Origin: Phycisphaerae bacterium
GTDB taxonomy: Bacteria > Planctomycetota > Phycisphaerae > UBA1845
Length of the DNA: 41,798 nucleotides
Direction of reading: 5' to 3'
NCBI GenBank assembly: GCA_046754265.1
Contig: JBHHVM010000001.1
Coordinates: forward strand, 1 to 41,798
The translations under genes were made by a program, and so were the position numbers. Below are positions 17,724 to 25,505 of this stretch, one piece after another. The notes beneath the pieces were generated by a model, which saw only the letters and a program-made list of their open reading frames with translations, ran no database searches and had not been told where the DNA came from. The first letter of the stretch is position 1, and every line of letters starts with the position of its first letter.

Positions 17724-18075
17724 GCTTTGGGCGCCCTCAAGGTCCGATTCGGCCCGGAGATGCCTTCGGGCCTCACCCGGCCGCCGAAGTCTCCAGCCCG
17801 CAATTCACCAGGGTTTGACCCGACCAAGACGACACACCCCGGCCCGGTACTCGCTTCATGAACGCGGGATTCGATCATCCCAGCAGCCCCAGTTCCAGCG
17901 GCGGAAGCACGACCGGTGTGGATGCTACTGGCCCGAAGACTACAAACGCTCGGGCCGACAGGAAACCCCGCACCACCTGACATACGGTCCAGCGCTGGAC
18001 ACGATCTATAATAGGATCGCCGGTGGGCTGTTCGTCTAGGCCGCCCCGAATCGGAGCAACCGCAATATACCACTT

Positions 18076-18552
18076 TCAGAAGATGCTGTCTGCGCCTTTT
18101 TGAGGAAATTTATCGCCCGCGGCGTTTGGCCTCCCTTGCCCCGAGTCAGGCCAAAATGCGGCCGGGCCCGAGAATACCCCCGCCCGCCACTCCTGTTTCA
18201 ACTCCACGCGGTTCTCGGCTGGGTCCAGCAGGGTGATCCGGCGGTCCGTGGCCGACATGCCCGAGACCCGCTGGTGAGGCATTGCCTCAGCCTCCAGCAA
18301 CTCGGCGACAGCCTCCAGCGACTGGACTGAGAGCAACGCCCGCCGGCGTACTTTTTCCACCACGGCTTGATGGACGAGGTTGATTCTCAGCACTCTGCGG
18401 GCCGACGAAAACAACAGCAACCCTTGATGGCCCAGTTTCTCCTCCAGGTCCAGGCCCACGAGATCGGCGTAGAACCAGATCAGGCGGTCTCGGCAGCCCG
18501 GTTCAGCCTCCATGTCTACGGTGTCAATCGCCAGAATCTGGCTGGGCCTCAT
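18076..18552 (-). CDS. hypothetical protein, possibly glyoxalase/VOC-like fold
   Basis: 158 aa. The N-terminal pattern ILAIDTVDMEAEPGCRDRLIWFYADLVGLDL resembles the first beta-alpha-beta unit of VOC proteins. This is weak, by-eye evidence only. Confidence 0.5.
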   Translation of the reverse strand: MRPSQILAIDTVDMEAEPGCRDRLIWFYADLVGLDLEEKLGHQGLLLFSSARRVLRINLVHQAVVEKVRRRALLSVQSLEAVAELLEAEAMPHQRVSGMSATDRRITLLDPAENRVELKQEWRAGVFSGPAAFWPDSGQGRPNAAGDKFPQKGADSIF

Positions 18553-18589
18553 GGGCGGGTTCCCATTTGACCACCCGGGCCGGGGCGGT

Positions 18590-19141
18590 TCAATCCGGTT
18601 CGCAAATGATGTGAGCCCCGAACAAGTAGATCTGGGTGTTGGCGTCTTTCCAGGCCAGGGGCGGCAGGCCTGCCTTGAGAACGCAGCACTGCTTCAAAAA
18701 CTCCTCCGGACCCCACCGCCGCTCCACGGCCACCTGTGGCAGCAAGACGCCCGAGGCCGGACCCTGCCGAATCCACACGCCGTGCTTGCCGACTTCCAGC
18801 GTGGCGGCTGGATCGTCGGTCAAATACGGCGTCTCCAGCACCGAGACCTCGACGCGAATGTCGCCCAACTGGGCCGGGGTGATGCGATTATCGGCAAAGC
18901 GGGGATCGTCCTGACACGACATGCGGGCCACTCGGGCGACGGTTTCAGCCAAGGAGCCGGTCGGTGCGAACGTGCCCATGCAGCCACGCAGCCGCCCCCC
19001 CTGCCTAAGGGTCACAAAGACGCCGCCGAAATCCGCGGGTAGGTCCAGCCCTTCCGGCGGAGTGTAGCCCTGGCCACGGGCAGCCCGCTCCATCGCCTCC
19101 CGGGCAATGGACAACACGGTCTGTTCTTGGTGGGGAGTCAT
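18590..19141 (-). CDS. AMMECR1 domain protein
   Basis: Track ORF 18590-19186. The start is placed at ATG 19141 (MTPHQEQTVLSIAREAMERA...). The AMMECR1 signature is FVTLRQGGRLRGCMGTF. The upstream 45 nt of the track ORF is an 8-mer tandem repeat rather than plausible coding sequence. Confidence 0.85.
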   Translation of the reverse strand: MTPHQEQTVLSIAREAMERAARGQGYTPPEGLDLPADFGGVFVTLRQGGRLRGCMGTFAPTGSLAETVARVARMSCQDDPRFADNRITPAQLGDIRVEVSVLETPYLTDDPAATLEVGKHGVWIRQGPASGVLLPQVAVERRWGPEEFLKQCCVLKAGLPPLAWKDANTQIYLFGAHIICEPD

Positions 19142-19147
19142 GGTGAC

Positions 19148-19187
19148 AAGGCAACTAGGCAACGAGGCAACAAGGCACGAAGGCAAC
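19148..19187 (-). repeat. five tandem 8-nt repeats, (GTTGCCTN)5 on the minus strand, filling the gap between the DedA stop and the AMMECR1 start
   Basis: The plus strand reads aaggcaac taggcaac gaggcaac aaggcacg aaggcaac at 19148-19187. The flanks are the DedA stop (19190-19192) and the AMMECR1 ATG (19139-19141). Confidence 0.85.
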
Positions 19188-19189
19188 GG

Positions 19190-19906
19190 CTACAGAACAT
19201 ACCTGATGGCTGCGAACCCGCCAATGAGCAGGACCATGAAGATGAGGCAGGCCCAGTTAAAGTACTTGTCCAGCAGGGGGACGATCTTGGGGCCCAGCAC
19301 GCCCATCAATCCGGCCACCAGGAAAAACCGGGCCGACCGACCGACCGCCGACGCCAACAGGAATATGCAAAACGGGCCCCAGCCGCCGTCCTTGAAAAAC
19401 ACCCCGGCCGATATGGTGATGACCTTGTACGGTAGCGGCGTAAAACCCGCTGCAAAGACAATCCAGAAATTGTATTGATCGTACCAATTGGTGGCCTTGC
19501 CGAAGTTGATTGGGTTCACACCGGGCAGATGCCAGCTATAGACCATCTGGTCGATCTGTTCCCAGACGGTCATCCCGACGGCGTAGCCCAACATCCCGCC
19601 CAGAATCGACGCCAGTGAGCAGGCCAGGGCGAAGCGTATCCATTTCTTGCGATTGCCCAACACCAGCGGGGCCAACAGCACGTCCGGCGGGATGGGGAAG
19701 AAGCTCGACTCGGCAAAGGCCAGGACGAACAGGGCAGGCCCGCCGTAGGGGGTCTGGGCCCAGTGCAGCACCCAATCGTAGACCCGCCGATGAAGGTGCC
19801 AGCGCGGCACACGTGTGGAGGTACTCTGACCGGTAGAAGATGGCCCAGCCGGGGTCAACGCCCCACCGGCGGCAACGTCTCGTGATTCGGCTTCGATGAT
19901 CCTCAC
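19190..19906 (-). CDS. DedA/YqaA (SNARE-associated) family membrane protein
   Basis: 238 aa with a GTG start; the N-terminus is uncertain. It has SSFFPIPPDVLLAPLVLGNRKKWIRFALACSLASILGGMLGYAVG and multiple TM helices typical of YqaA/DedA. Confidence 0.8.
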   Translation of the reverse strand: MRIIEAESRDVAAGGALTPAGPSSTGQSTSTRVPRWHLHRRVYDWVLHWAQTPYGGPALFVLAFAESSFFPIPPDVLLAPLVLGNRKKWIRFALACSLASILGGMLGYAVGMTVWEQIDQMVYSWHLPGVNPINFGKATNWYDQYNFWIVFAAGFTPLPYKVITISAGVFFKDGGWGPFCIFLLASAVGRSARFFLVAGLMGVLGPKIVPLLDKYFNWACLIFMVLLIGGFAAIRYVL

Positions 19907-20027
19907 TCCGTTTTACTGGCCGGGCTGAGTGGAACCGGGTTGCAGACCCGCGGACAAGCTAACAGAATCCCGTCGGGCCGTCAGCCAGGACACCAAGGCG
20001 GTACCCTCGTGACGCCGAGAGGATTCT

Positions 20028-20540
20028 TTGATGGTGAATGATCCAGACGACGATCACCAGGCCACACCCGCAGATGGGCCTGTCTTCGCCAAGGTTGCCG
20101 ATCGCTTGCGACAGGCGAGCATCGACTTCGAGGTGTCCCGCCACGCCCCGGTCTACACCAGTGCCGAAGCGGCGGCGATTCGTGGCGTGGATTTGCACTC
20201 CGGGGCCAAGGCCCTGATTATCAAGGCTGGCGACCGGTTCGTCATGATCGTCCTGCCGGCCGATCTGTCTCTGAACGGTAAAGCGGTCAAGAAGGCGCTG
20301 GCCTGCAAATCGACCCGTTTTGCCAACCAAGACGAAGTCCTGCGGATGACCGGCCTGACGCCCGGGGCCATCCCACCGTTCGGCAGCCTGTTTGATTTGG
20401 GGACTTTCTGCGACGAGCGACTGGCCGACAACGAGTGGATCAACTTCAACGCCGGGGCACACACCGTTTCGATCGGCATGTCCTACGCCGATTACCTGGC
20501 CGTGGAACAACCCACTCTGGGCCGTTTCGCAGCACCATGA
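20028..20540 (+). CDS. YbaK/prolyl-tRNA synthetase-associated (aminoacyl-tRNA deacylase) domain protein
   Basis: 170 aa with GAKALIIKAGDRFVMIVLPADLSLNGKAVKKAL...TGLTPGAIPPFGSLF...INFNAG, typical of YbaK/EbsC editing domains. Confidence 0.8.
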   Translation: MMVNDPDDDHQATPADGPVFAKVADRLRQASIDFEVSRHAPVYTSAEAAAIRGVDLHSGAKALIIKAGDRFVMIVLPADLSLNGKAVKKALACKSTRFANQDEVLRMTGLTPGAIPPFGSLFDLGTFCDERLADNEWINFNAGAHTVSIGMSYADYLAVEQPTLGRFAAP

Positions 20541-20562
20541 GCGGGTAACACCGGCCCGTCGC

Positions 20563-21075
20563 TTACTTGGCCCCCGCCAGGGCTGGGGCGGGCTGACTGA
20601 CGGCGCCGCCGGCCTCGGCGAAGTATTTGATGAACCGATCCAGGGAGGATTGGAACTGGGCTTCGGTCCAGGCTTTGCCGGCGTCGCACAGGTTGGCCGA
20701 TTGATTGTGCGGGGCGATGTTGGCCATGCCCGGCACGAAATACTCGCTGGACACTTCAATCTCTTCGAGCCCGACCATGTGGAAGGTGATCAGCGCGTAG
20801 CCGTTCTCGGTCAACGCGAACTTGAAGATGCGATGACTCGATTCGGACCTCGGATGCGTCACCTGGAACCCACATTCAATGGCGAACTCTTCGAAGCTCG
20901 AAAAGACCGGATCGATGGATTCGGCGGTAAATTTCTCGAACCGGTGGAGCCATTGCTGCTTGGCGGACTCGAGCTTCTTCAGGAATGATCGTTGCCACTC
21001 GTTCACGGACTTGTCCCCCAGTCTCGAAATAGGCTCACTCACGGCCGCCGGTCCCCGGCGGCGAACCCAACCCAT
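20563..21075 (-). CDS. hypothetical protein
   Basis: 170 aa with a balanced, protein-like composition (WQRSFLKKLESAKQQWLHRFEKFTAESIDPVFSSFEEFAIECGF...). The overlapping plus-strand ORF 20392-20988 looks like a mirror frame. No family recognised. Confidence 0.55.
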   Translation of the reverse strand: MGWVRRRGPAAVSEPISRLGDKSVNEWQRSFLKKLESAKQQWLHRFEKFTAESIDPVFSSFEEFAIECGFQVTHPRSESSHRIFKFALTENGYALITFHMVGLEEIEVSSEYFVPGMANIAPHNQSANLCDAGKAWTEAQFQSSLDRFIKYFAEAGGAVSQPAPALAGAK

Positions 21076-21290
21076 CCCGACGGCACCGCGTCAGGAAGCA
21101 CTCTACGATATGTGTCGGCCAGCCAGTCCACCTGCTTGGGCCCGCGAAGGCTGACCCACAAAGAATGTCAGTTATGGGGCGGTCGGCCTGGACGCTGCCC
21201 TCAGCCTTCGTACAATCCACCTTGGGCTGGACCCGGGGCCTAGTCCGAATAACGCCGCACCCTGCCAATCCATCGAAGGGAGGCTGCACC

Positions 21291-22328
21291 GTGAACCACC
21301 GCAACTTGGGAATGACCGGCCTGCGGGTCAGCGACCTGTGCCTGGGGGCCATGAACTTCGGTCAGCCCGACTTCGGCGTCGACGCCGAGCAAAGTCAGGC
21401 GGTCATCGATCGATACCTCGAGGCCGGCGGAAACTTCATCGACACGGCTGACACCTACGGTGGCGGGGCCAGCGAGACCATCCTCGGCCAAGCCTTAAAA
21501 GGCAAGCGCGACCAGATCATCCTGGCTTCCAAGGCGTTCTTCCCCGTCGTGCAAAGCTTCGGCCAGCCACCCGCCCATATCAACGCCCAGGGTGCCACAC
21601 GTCGTCATCTAATCCAAGCCATGGAGGATAGCCTGACCCGCCTCAAAACCGACTACCTGGACCTCTATCAAGTCCACCTCTGGGACTTGGCCACCCCTCT
21701 CGAAGAAACGCTCGGCGCCCTGAACGACCTGGTCCACCAGGGCAAGACCCGCTACGTGGGCCTGAGCAATTACAGCGCCTGGCAGATCGCCGAGGCCCGC
21801 CAGCTTTGCAAGCAGCACGGCTGGGAACCCTTCGTCACCGCCCAGATGCAATACAGCCTGATTTGCCGCCATATCGAGCACGACGTCATCAAGGTCACCC
21901 AACGCTACGGCATGGGCATCTTGGCCTGGAGTCCCCTGGGCATGGGGGTGCTGACCGGCAAGTACGCCCGCGGAACCAACCGCCTGGACGGGGCCCGGTT
22001 CCGTACGCAGGCTGAGAGTGAGTCGGATATCGCCTGGCGGGCCCAGTTCTTCAACGACCGGGCCTTCGACATTGTCGAGGGGCTCAAACAGGTCGCCTCA
22101 CAACTGGACACCACCCCCAGCGCCTTGGCCATCCATTGGGTCATGCAGCGCCCCGGCGTATCCAGCGTCATCATCGGGCCCAAAAACACCGACCAACTGG
22201 CCGATAACCTGTCGGCCTGCACGTTGGAGCCCACCGGCGAGCACATCTGCCAACTCGATCGGATTAGCGACGCCCCACCCAGATACCCTGAGTCGATGGT
22301 CTTTCGCAGCAGCCGACTAAACGACTGA
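21291..22328 (+). CDS. aldo/keto reductase
   Basis: Track ORF 21165-22328. I place the start at GTG 21291 (VNHRNLGMTGLRVSDLCLGAMNFG), preceded by GGGAGG. AKR blocks are FIDTADTYGGGASE, LDLYQVHLWD and VIIGPKNTDQLADNL. Confidence 0.85.
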   Translation: MNHRNLGMTGLRVSDLCLGAMNFGQPDFGVDAEQSQAVIDRYLEAGGNFIDTADTYGGGASETILGQALKGKRDQIILASKAFFPVVQSFGQPPAHINAQGATRRHLIQAMEDSLTRLKTDYLDLYQVHLWDLATPLEETLGALNDLVHQGKTRYVGLSNYSAWQIAEARQLCKQHGWEPFVTAQMQYSLICRHIEHDVIKVTQRYGMGILAWSPLGMGVLTGKYARGTNRLDGARFRTQAESESDIAWRAQFFNDRAFDIVEGLKQVASQLDTTPSALAIHWVMQRPGVSSVIIGPKNTDQLADNLSACTLEPTGEHICQLDRISDAPPRYPESMVFRSSRLND

Positions 22329-22518
22329 GCGCCACCGCCAGTTGAGGCCGATATGCCCCCATGAGGGTCCGTGCCGCTGGGGGATTGGAAGCAGGTATCG
22401 CTGACCCCACCCCATGCCATGGCCGTAACCGACTCTTGGTGTGGAGGTACAATCGCAGTGCCGGCGGCGGAGGGGCCGAGGGGTCCAATCCTCCCCTGCC
22501 GGCGCGGTAGTAGCTGGC

Positions 22519-23844
22519 ATGTTGCATATCAAAGAACAACAGGCCCAAGGCGCAGCGGGCCACGCTTGGATCGGCCCAGCCCCCTGGATCAACGTGCCCC
22601 CACCCGGGCCCCGGGCCCAGAACCTGCTCGAGCTGGACCGACGTCTGGGGTCACCCTCTTACTTGCGCGACTATCCTCTTGTGGTGCGGCGGGGGCACGG
22701 CTCGGTGGTCGAGGACGTCGACGGAAACCGCTACCTCGACTTTGCAGCCAGCCTGGCGGTGTGCAGTACGGGCCATACCCATCCCAAGGTCGTCGCGGCG
22801 ATTCAACATCAAGCCTCCGAGCTGATCCACACTAGCGGAGCCACATTTTGTCACCAACCCATGGTGGCCCTGACGGAAAAGCTTGCCGCCCTGGCCCCGG
22901 GTAAATCACCCAAGGGCGTGCTGCTGACCAACAGCGGGTCCGAAGCGGCCGAGGCGGCCTTCAAACTGGTTCGGTACCACACCGGCAGGCCCTGGGTCAT
23001 CGCCTTCCACGGCGCCTCGCACGGGCGGACCATGGGGGCGCTCTCTCTCAGTTTTGACCAGGCATCCCAGCGCGACCGGGTCGGGCCGTTGGTGCCCATG
23101 GTGGCCCACGTGCCATTCGGCGACCTGGAGGCGATCAAAGAGCGGGTGTTCGAACAATTGGCCGCTCCCGAACAGGTGGCTGCTATCTTCGTCGAACCGA
23201 TTCAAGGGCAGGCGGGCTGCGTCGTACCGTCCAAGAGCTTTCTGTCCGGGCTGCGCTCGATGTGCGACCGCCACGGGATGCTTTTGGTCGCCGACGAGGT
23301 GCAGAGCGGCATGGGCCGAACCGGCAAGATGTTCGCCTGCCAGCATTTTGCCCTGGTGCCCGACGTCATTCTCTGCGCCAAGGGCCTGGCCAGCGGATTG
23401 CCGCTGGGGGCGGTGGTGGCCAACGAATCGGTCATGGATTGGCCTGCGGGGGCCCAGGCCAGCTCCTTCGGCGGCAACCCGATCTGCTGCGCCGCCGCCC
23501 TAGCCACGCTGCAAGCGCTCGAATCGGGCATGATCGCCAACGCCGCCCAACTGGGGGAGGTGCTGCTGGCCGGCCTGGTGCGTTTGGTGGCCAGACGCAA
23601 GGGCCTGGCCAACGCCCGCGGGCTGGGGCTGATGGCCGCCCTGGACGTGGTACACCGCAAGAGCGGCCGACCTGACCCGCAGAAGCGCCGGCGAATTCTG
23701 GACCAAGCCTTTCGCAGCGGCTTGATCCTGCTGCCCTGCGGCCCGTGCGGCATCCGATTCTGTCCGCCGCTGTGTATCAACCGCACGCAACTGACCGTGG
23801 GCCTGGACGTTCTCGATGAGGTCGTGGCCACGCTGTCTGCCTAA
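22519..23844 (+). CDS. class III (omega) aminotransferase, GabT/ArgD-like
   Basis: Track ORF 22441-23844. The start is placed at ATG 22519. Blocks are DVDGNRYLDF, LTNSGSEAAEAAFKL, DEVQSGMGRTGKMFA and the PLP-Lys region PDVILCAKGLASGLPLGA. Confidence 0.85.
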   Translation: MLHIKEQQAQGAAGHAWIGPAPWINVPPPGPRAQNLLELDRRLGSPSYLRDYPLVVRRGHGSVVEDVDGNRYLDFAASLAVCSTGHTHPKVVAAIQHQASELIHTSGATFCHQPMVALTEKLAALAPGKSPKGVLLTNSGSEAAEAAFKLVRYHTGRPWVIAFHGASHGRTMGALSLSFDQASQRDRVGPLVPMVAHVPFGDLEAIKERVFEQLAAPEQVAAIFVEPIQGQAGCVVPSKSFLSGLRSMCDRHGMLLVADEVQSGMGRTGKMFACQHFALVPDVILCAKGLASGLPLGAVVANESVMDWPAGAQASSFGGNPICCAAALATLQALESGMIANAAQLGEVLLAGLVRLVARRKGLANARGLGLMAALDVVHRKSGRPDPQKRRRILDQAFRSGLILLPCGPCGIRFCPPLCINRTQLTVGLDVLDEVVATLSA

Positions 23845-23859
23845 GTCGATCGCAGTTCC

Positions 23860-24474
23860 ATGAAGGCCCTCATTCTGGTTGACATTCAGAACGATTTCCT
23901 GCCCGGCGGCGCCTTGGCGGTCCCCAACGGGGACCAAGTTATTGCCGTGGCCAACCGTGTCGGCTCCGGTTTCGACCTGGTCCTGGCCACGCAGGATTGG
24001 CACCCGCCCGACCACGGTAGCTTTGCAGCCAATCATCCCGGGACCAAGCCCGGCGACGTGATCGACTTGGCTGGGCTGAAGCAGGTTCTCTGGCCGATCC
24101 ACTGCGTGCAGGACACGCCCGGGGCTGACCTGGCTGCGGACCTGAACACCGACATCGTCGAGAGCGTCATTCAGAAAGGGACCGACCCGGACATCGACAG
24201 TTACAGCGGCTTTTTCGACAATGGTCATCGCAAGGCGACGGGCCTGGCTGACCACCTCCGACTGCGCGGTGTCGCCCGTGTCTACGTGATGGGCCTGGCC
24301 ACCGACTATTGCGTCCAATACACCGTGCTGGACGCTTGCCGGCTGGGGTTTGACACGCACCTGATCGTCGATGGTTGCCGGGGCGTGGAACTGACCCCCG
24401 GTGACACCGACCGGGCCGTTCAACAAATGCAACAGGCTGGGGCCCGGATCATTCGTAGCGAGCAAATCGGATAA
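23860..24474 (+). CDS. pncA: nicotinamidase/pyrazinamidase (isochorismatase family)
   Basis: 204 aa with MKALILVDIQNDFLPGGALAV, DWHPPDHGSF and the catalytic Cys context YVMGLATDYCV. Confidence 0.85.
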   Translation: MKALILVDIQNDFLPGGALAVPNGDQVIAVANRVGSGFDLVLATQDWHPPDHGSFAANHPGTKPGDVIDLAGLKQVLWPIHCVQDTPGADLAADLNTDIVESVIQKGTDPDIDSYSGFFDNGHRKATGLADHLRLRGVARVYVMGLATDYCVQYTVLDACRLGFDTHLIVDGCRGVELTPGDTDRAVQQMQQAGARIIRSEQIG

Positions 24475-24492
24475 GGCCCGGGGCTGCGCTAC

Positions 24493-25065
24493 CTACGGGC
24501 GCCGCTTGTACTGGCCTTTCATTTCCATCTTGCTGACGCAGCGGAAGGCGTCGGCCCATTCCTGCATGTGCCAGTCGATGGTATCGTCGTCCACCACCGT
24601 GACCTCGTAGCAACCAAAACTCTTGGTCCCATCCAGGCCCGTACCAGTGTACTCCATGGACCATTCTTTCTCGTCGGCGTCGTAATCGGCTGGACCGTGC
24701 TGGACAAAACCCCAGTCGTTGAACATCCACCAAACATACTTCCCGCGGGATTTATCCCAACCCCAGGCGCCGGCGGACTCGAACTCCGCTTGAGCACTCT
24801 TGGCCGACAACACGCCGTGCAGGAAGCGCTCGTTTAGCGCCCATTGCCAACTGGCGGTTCCGGACCATTCCTTGTCCTGCCCCTCGGCATTGAGCATTTC
24901 GGCCTTGAAATCCCAATTCCCCACAAAAACGTCGTACGCCCGAAGTTCGGGCGCCCGCTCGGGCCTTTGAATCTGACTGAAATCCACCTTGGGGGCGGCA
25001 CAGCCTGCCAACGCCGCCCCCAGAAACACCCAACCCGCCGTCACATTGAATCCGCGCCTGGACAT
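24493..25065 (-). CDS. lipoprotein, DUF1579-like (tentative)
   Basis: 190 aa with a signal peptide and lipobox (WVFLGAALAGC). The Trp/Gly-rich beta-type sequence is FVGNWDFKAEM...GTASWQWALNERFLHG...WWMFNDWG. The family call is from memory of similar planctomycete proteins. Confidence 0.65.
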   Translation of the reverse strand: MSRRGFNVTAGWVFLGAALAGCAAPKVDFSQIQRPERAPELRAYDVFVGNWDFKAEMLNAEGQDKEWSGTASWQWALNERFLHGVLSAKSAQAEFESAGAWGWDKSRGKYVWWMFNDWGFVQHGPADYDADEKEWSMEYTGTGLDGTKSFGCYEVTVVDDDTIDWHMQEWADAFRCVSKMEMKGQYKRRP

Positions 25066-25272
25066 GATATCGACTCCTGTTGAATCCGATGGGTATCAAC
25101 CGCACCACGGGTCGCCATCATAGACATCCGCCCCGCGGTTGACCAGGACCCTTTTTTGTGCGGGGGGGCACCCTCGTTCGGCGCCTGGGCGCAGGCAGCC
25201 ACGCGGTCCACATCACCGATGTGAACCGCAGAGACTATCGGGACGCCAAGACAACGTTCTCAGGCGGAAGTC

Positions 25273-25473
25273 CTAGTCGTCGACGTCGAAGATTTCGTTG
25301 GCGATATCGCCGGACGTTATATTAAACACGCCGGTCAATCCGGTCCGCAGGCCGTTGGCCAGTTGCGTCTTGACCGATTGACTGGTGCAACTGCCCGCCT
25401 GGAACGTATAGAATCCGGTGAGCACGGCAATGGCAGTCGCCTTGATCTTCAACGCAAATGAGGGCTTGGTCAT
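25273..25473 (-). CDS. small hypothetical protein (66 aa) downstream of the porin gene
   Basis: ATG with GGGAG about 8 nt upstream, 32 nt after the porin stop. A hydrophobic N-region ends in QAGSC (weak lipobox). The C-terminus is acidic (FDVDD). GC3 is moderately high. Confidence 0.45.
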   Translation of the reverse strand: MTKPSFALKIKATAIAVLTGFYTFQAGSCTSQSVKTQLANGLRTGLTGVFNITSGDIANEIFDVDD

Positions 25474-25505
25474 GGTCTAGCTCCCTGATGAACAGGTTGA
25501 TCTCC

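Noticed and set aside
17720-18073. 117-aa minus-strand ORF that exactly fills the gap between the VOC-like gene and coaE and ends in a GTGA overlap with the coaE start
   Set aside because: The geometry is tempting. However, third-position GC is clearly lower than in neighbouring genes, and rare codons (AGA, AGG, TAT, TGT, AGT, CTT) are frequent. The product is Gly/Arg/Ser/Pro-rich with no motifs. I treat it as non-coding leader, pending conservation or proteomic data.
17724-18075. Possible tmRNA, tRNA-like, SRP RNA or RNase P RNA gene. The minus strand contains GGGGCUGCUGGGAUGAUCGAAUCCC and GGGGCGGCCUAGACGAAC, reminiscent of tmRNA 5' ends.
   Set aside because: No matching 3' acceptor strand with the G3-U70 pair is present, and there is no canonical 7-nt T-loop (the GGGAT/ATCCC hairpin has a 6-nt loop). 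I see no tag reading frame ending in a stop. There is too little room before coaE for the second candidate. The RNase P (GGAAAGUCCGGGC) and SRP (GGAA tetraloop followed by GGAAGCAGCC) signatures are absent.
22329-22518. GC-rich palindromic stretches (GCCGGC...GCCGGC, GAGGGGTCCAATCCTCCCC) upstream of the aminotransferase gene that superficially resemble a T-arm
   Set aside because: The stem arms are not properly complementary and no cloverleaf can be drawn. There is no support for an RNA gene.
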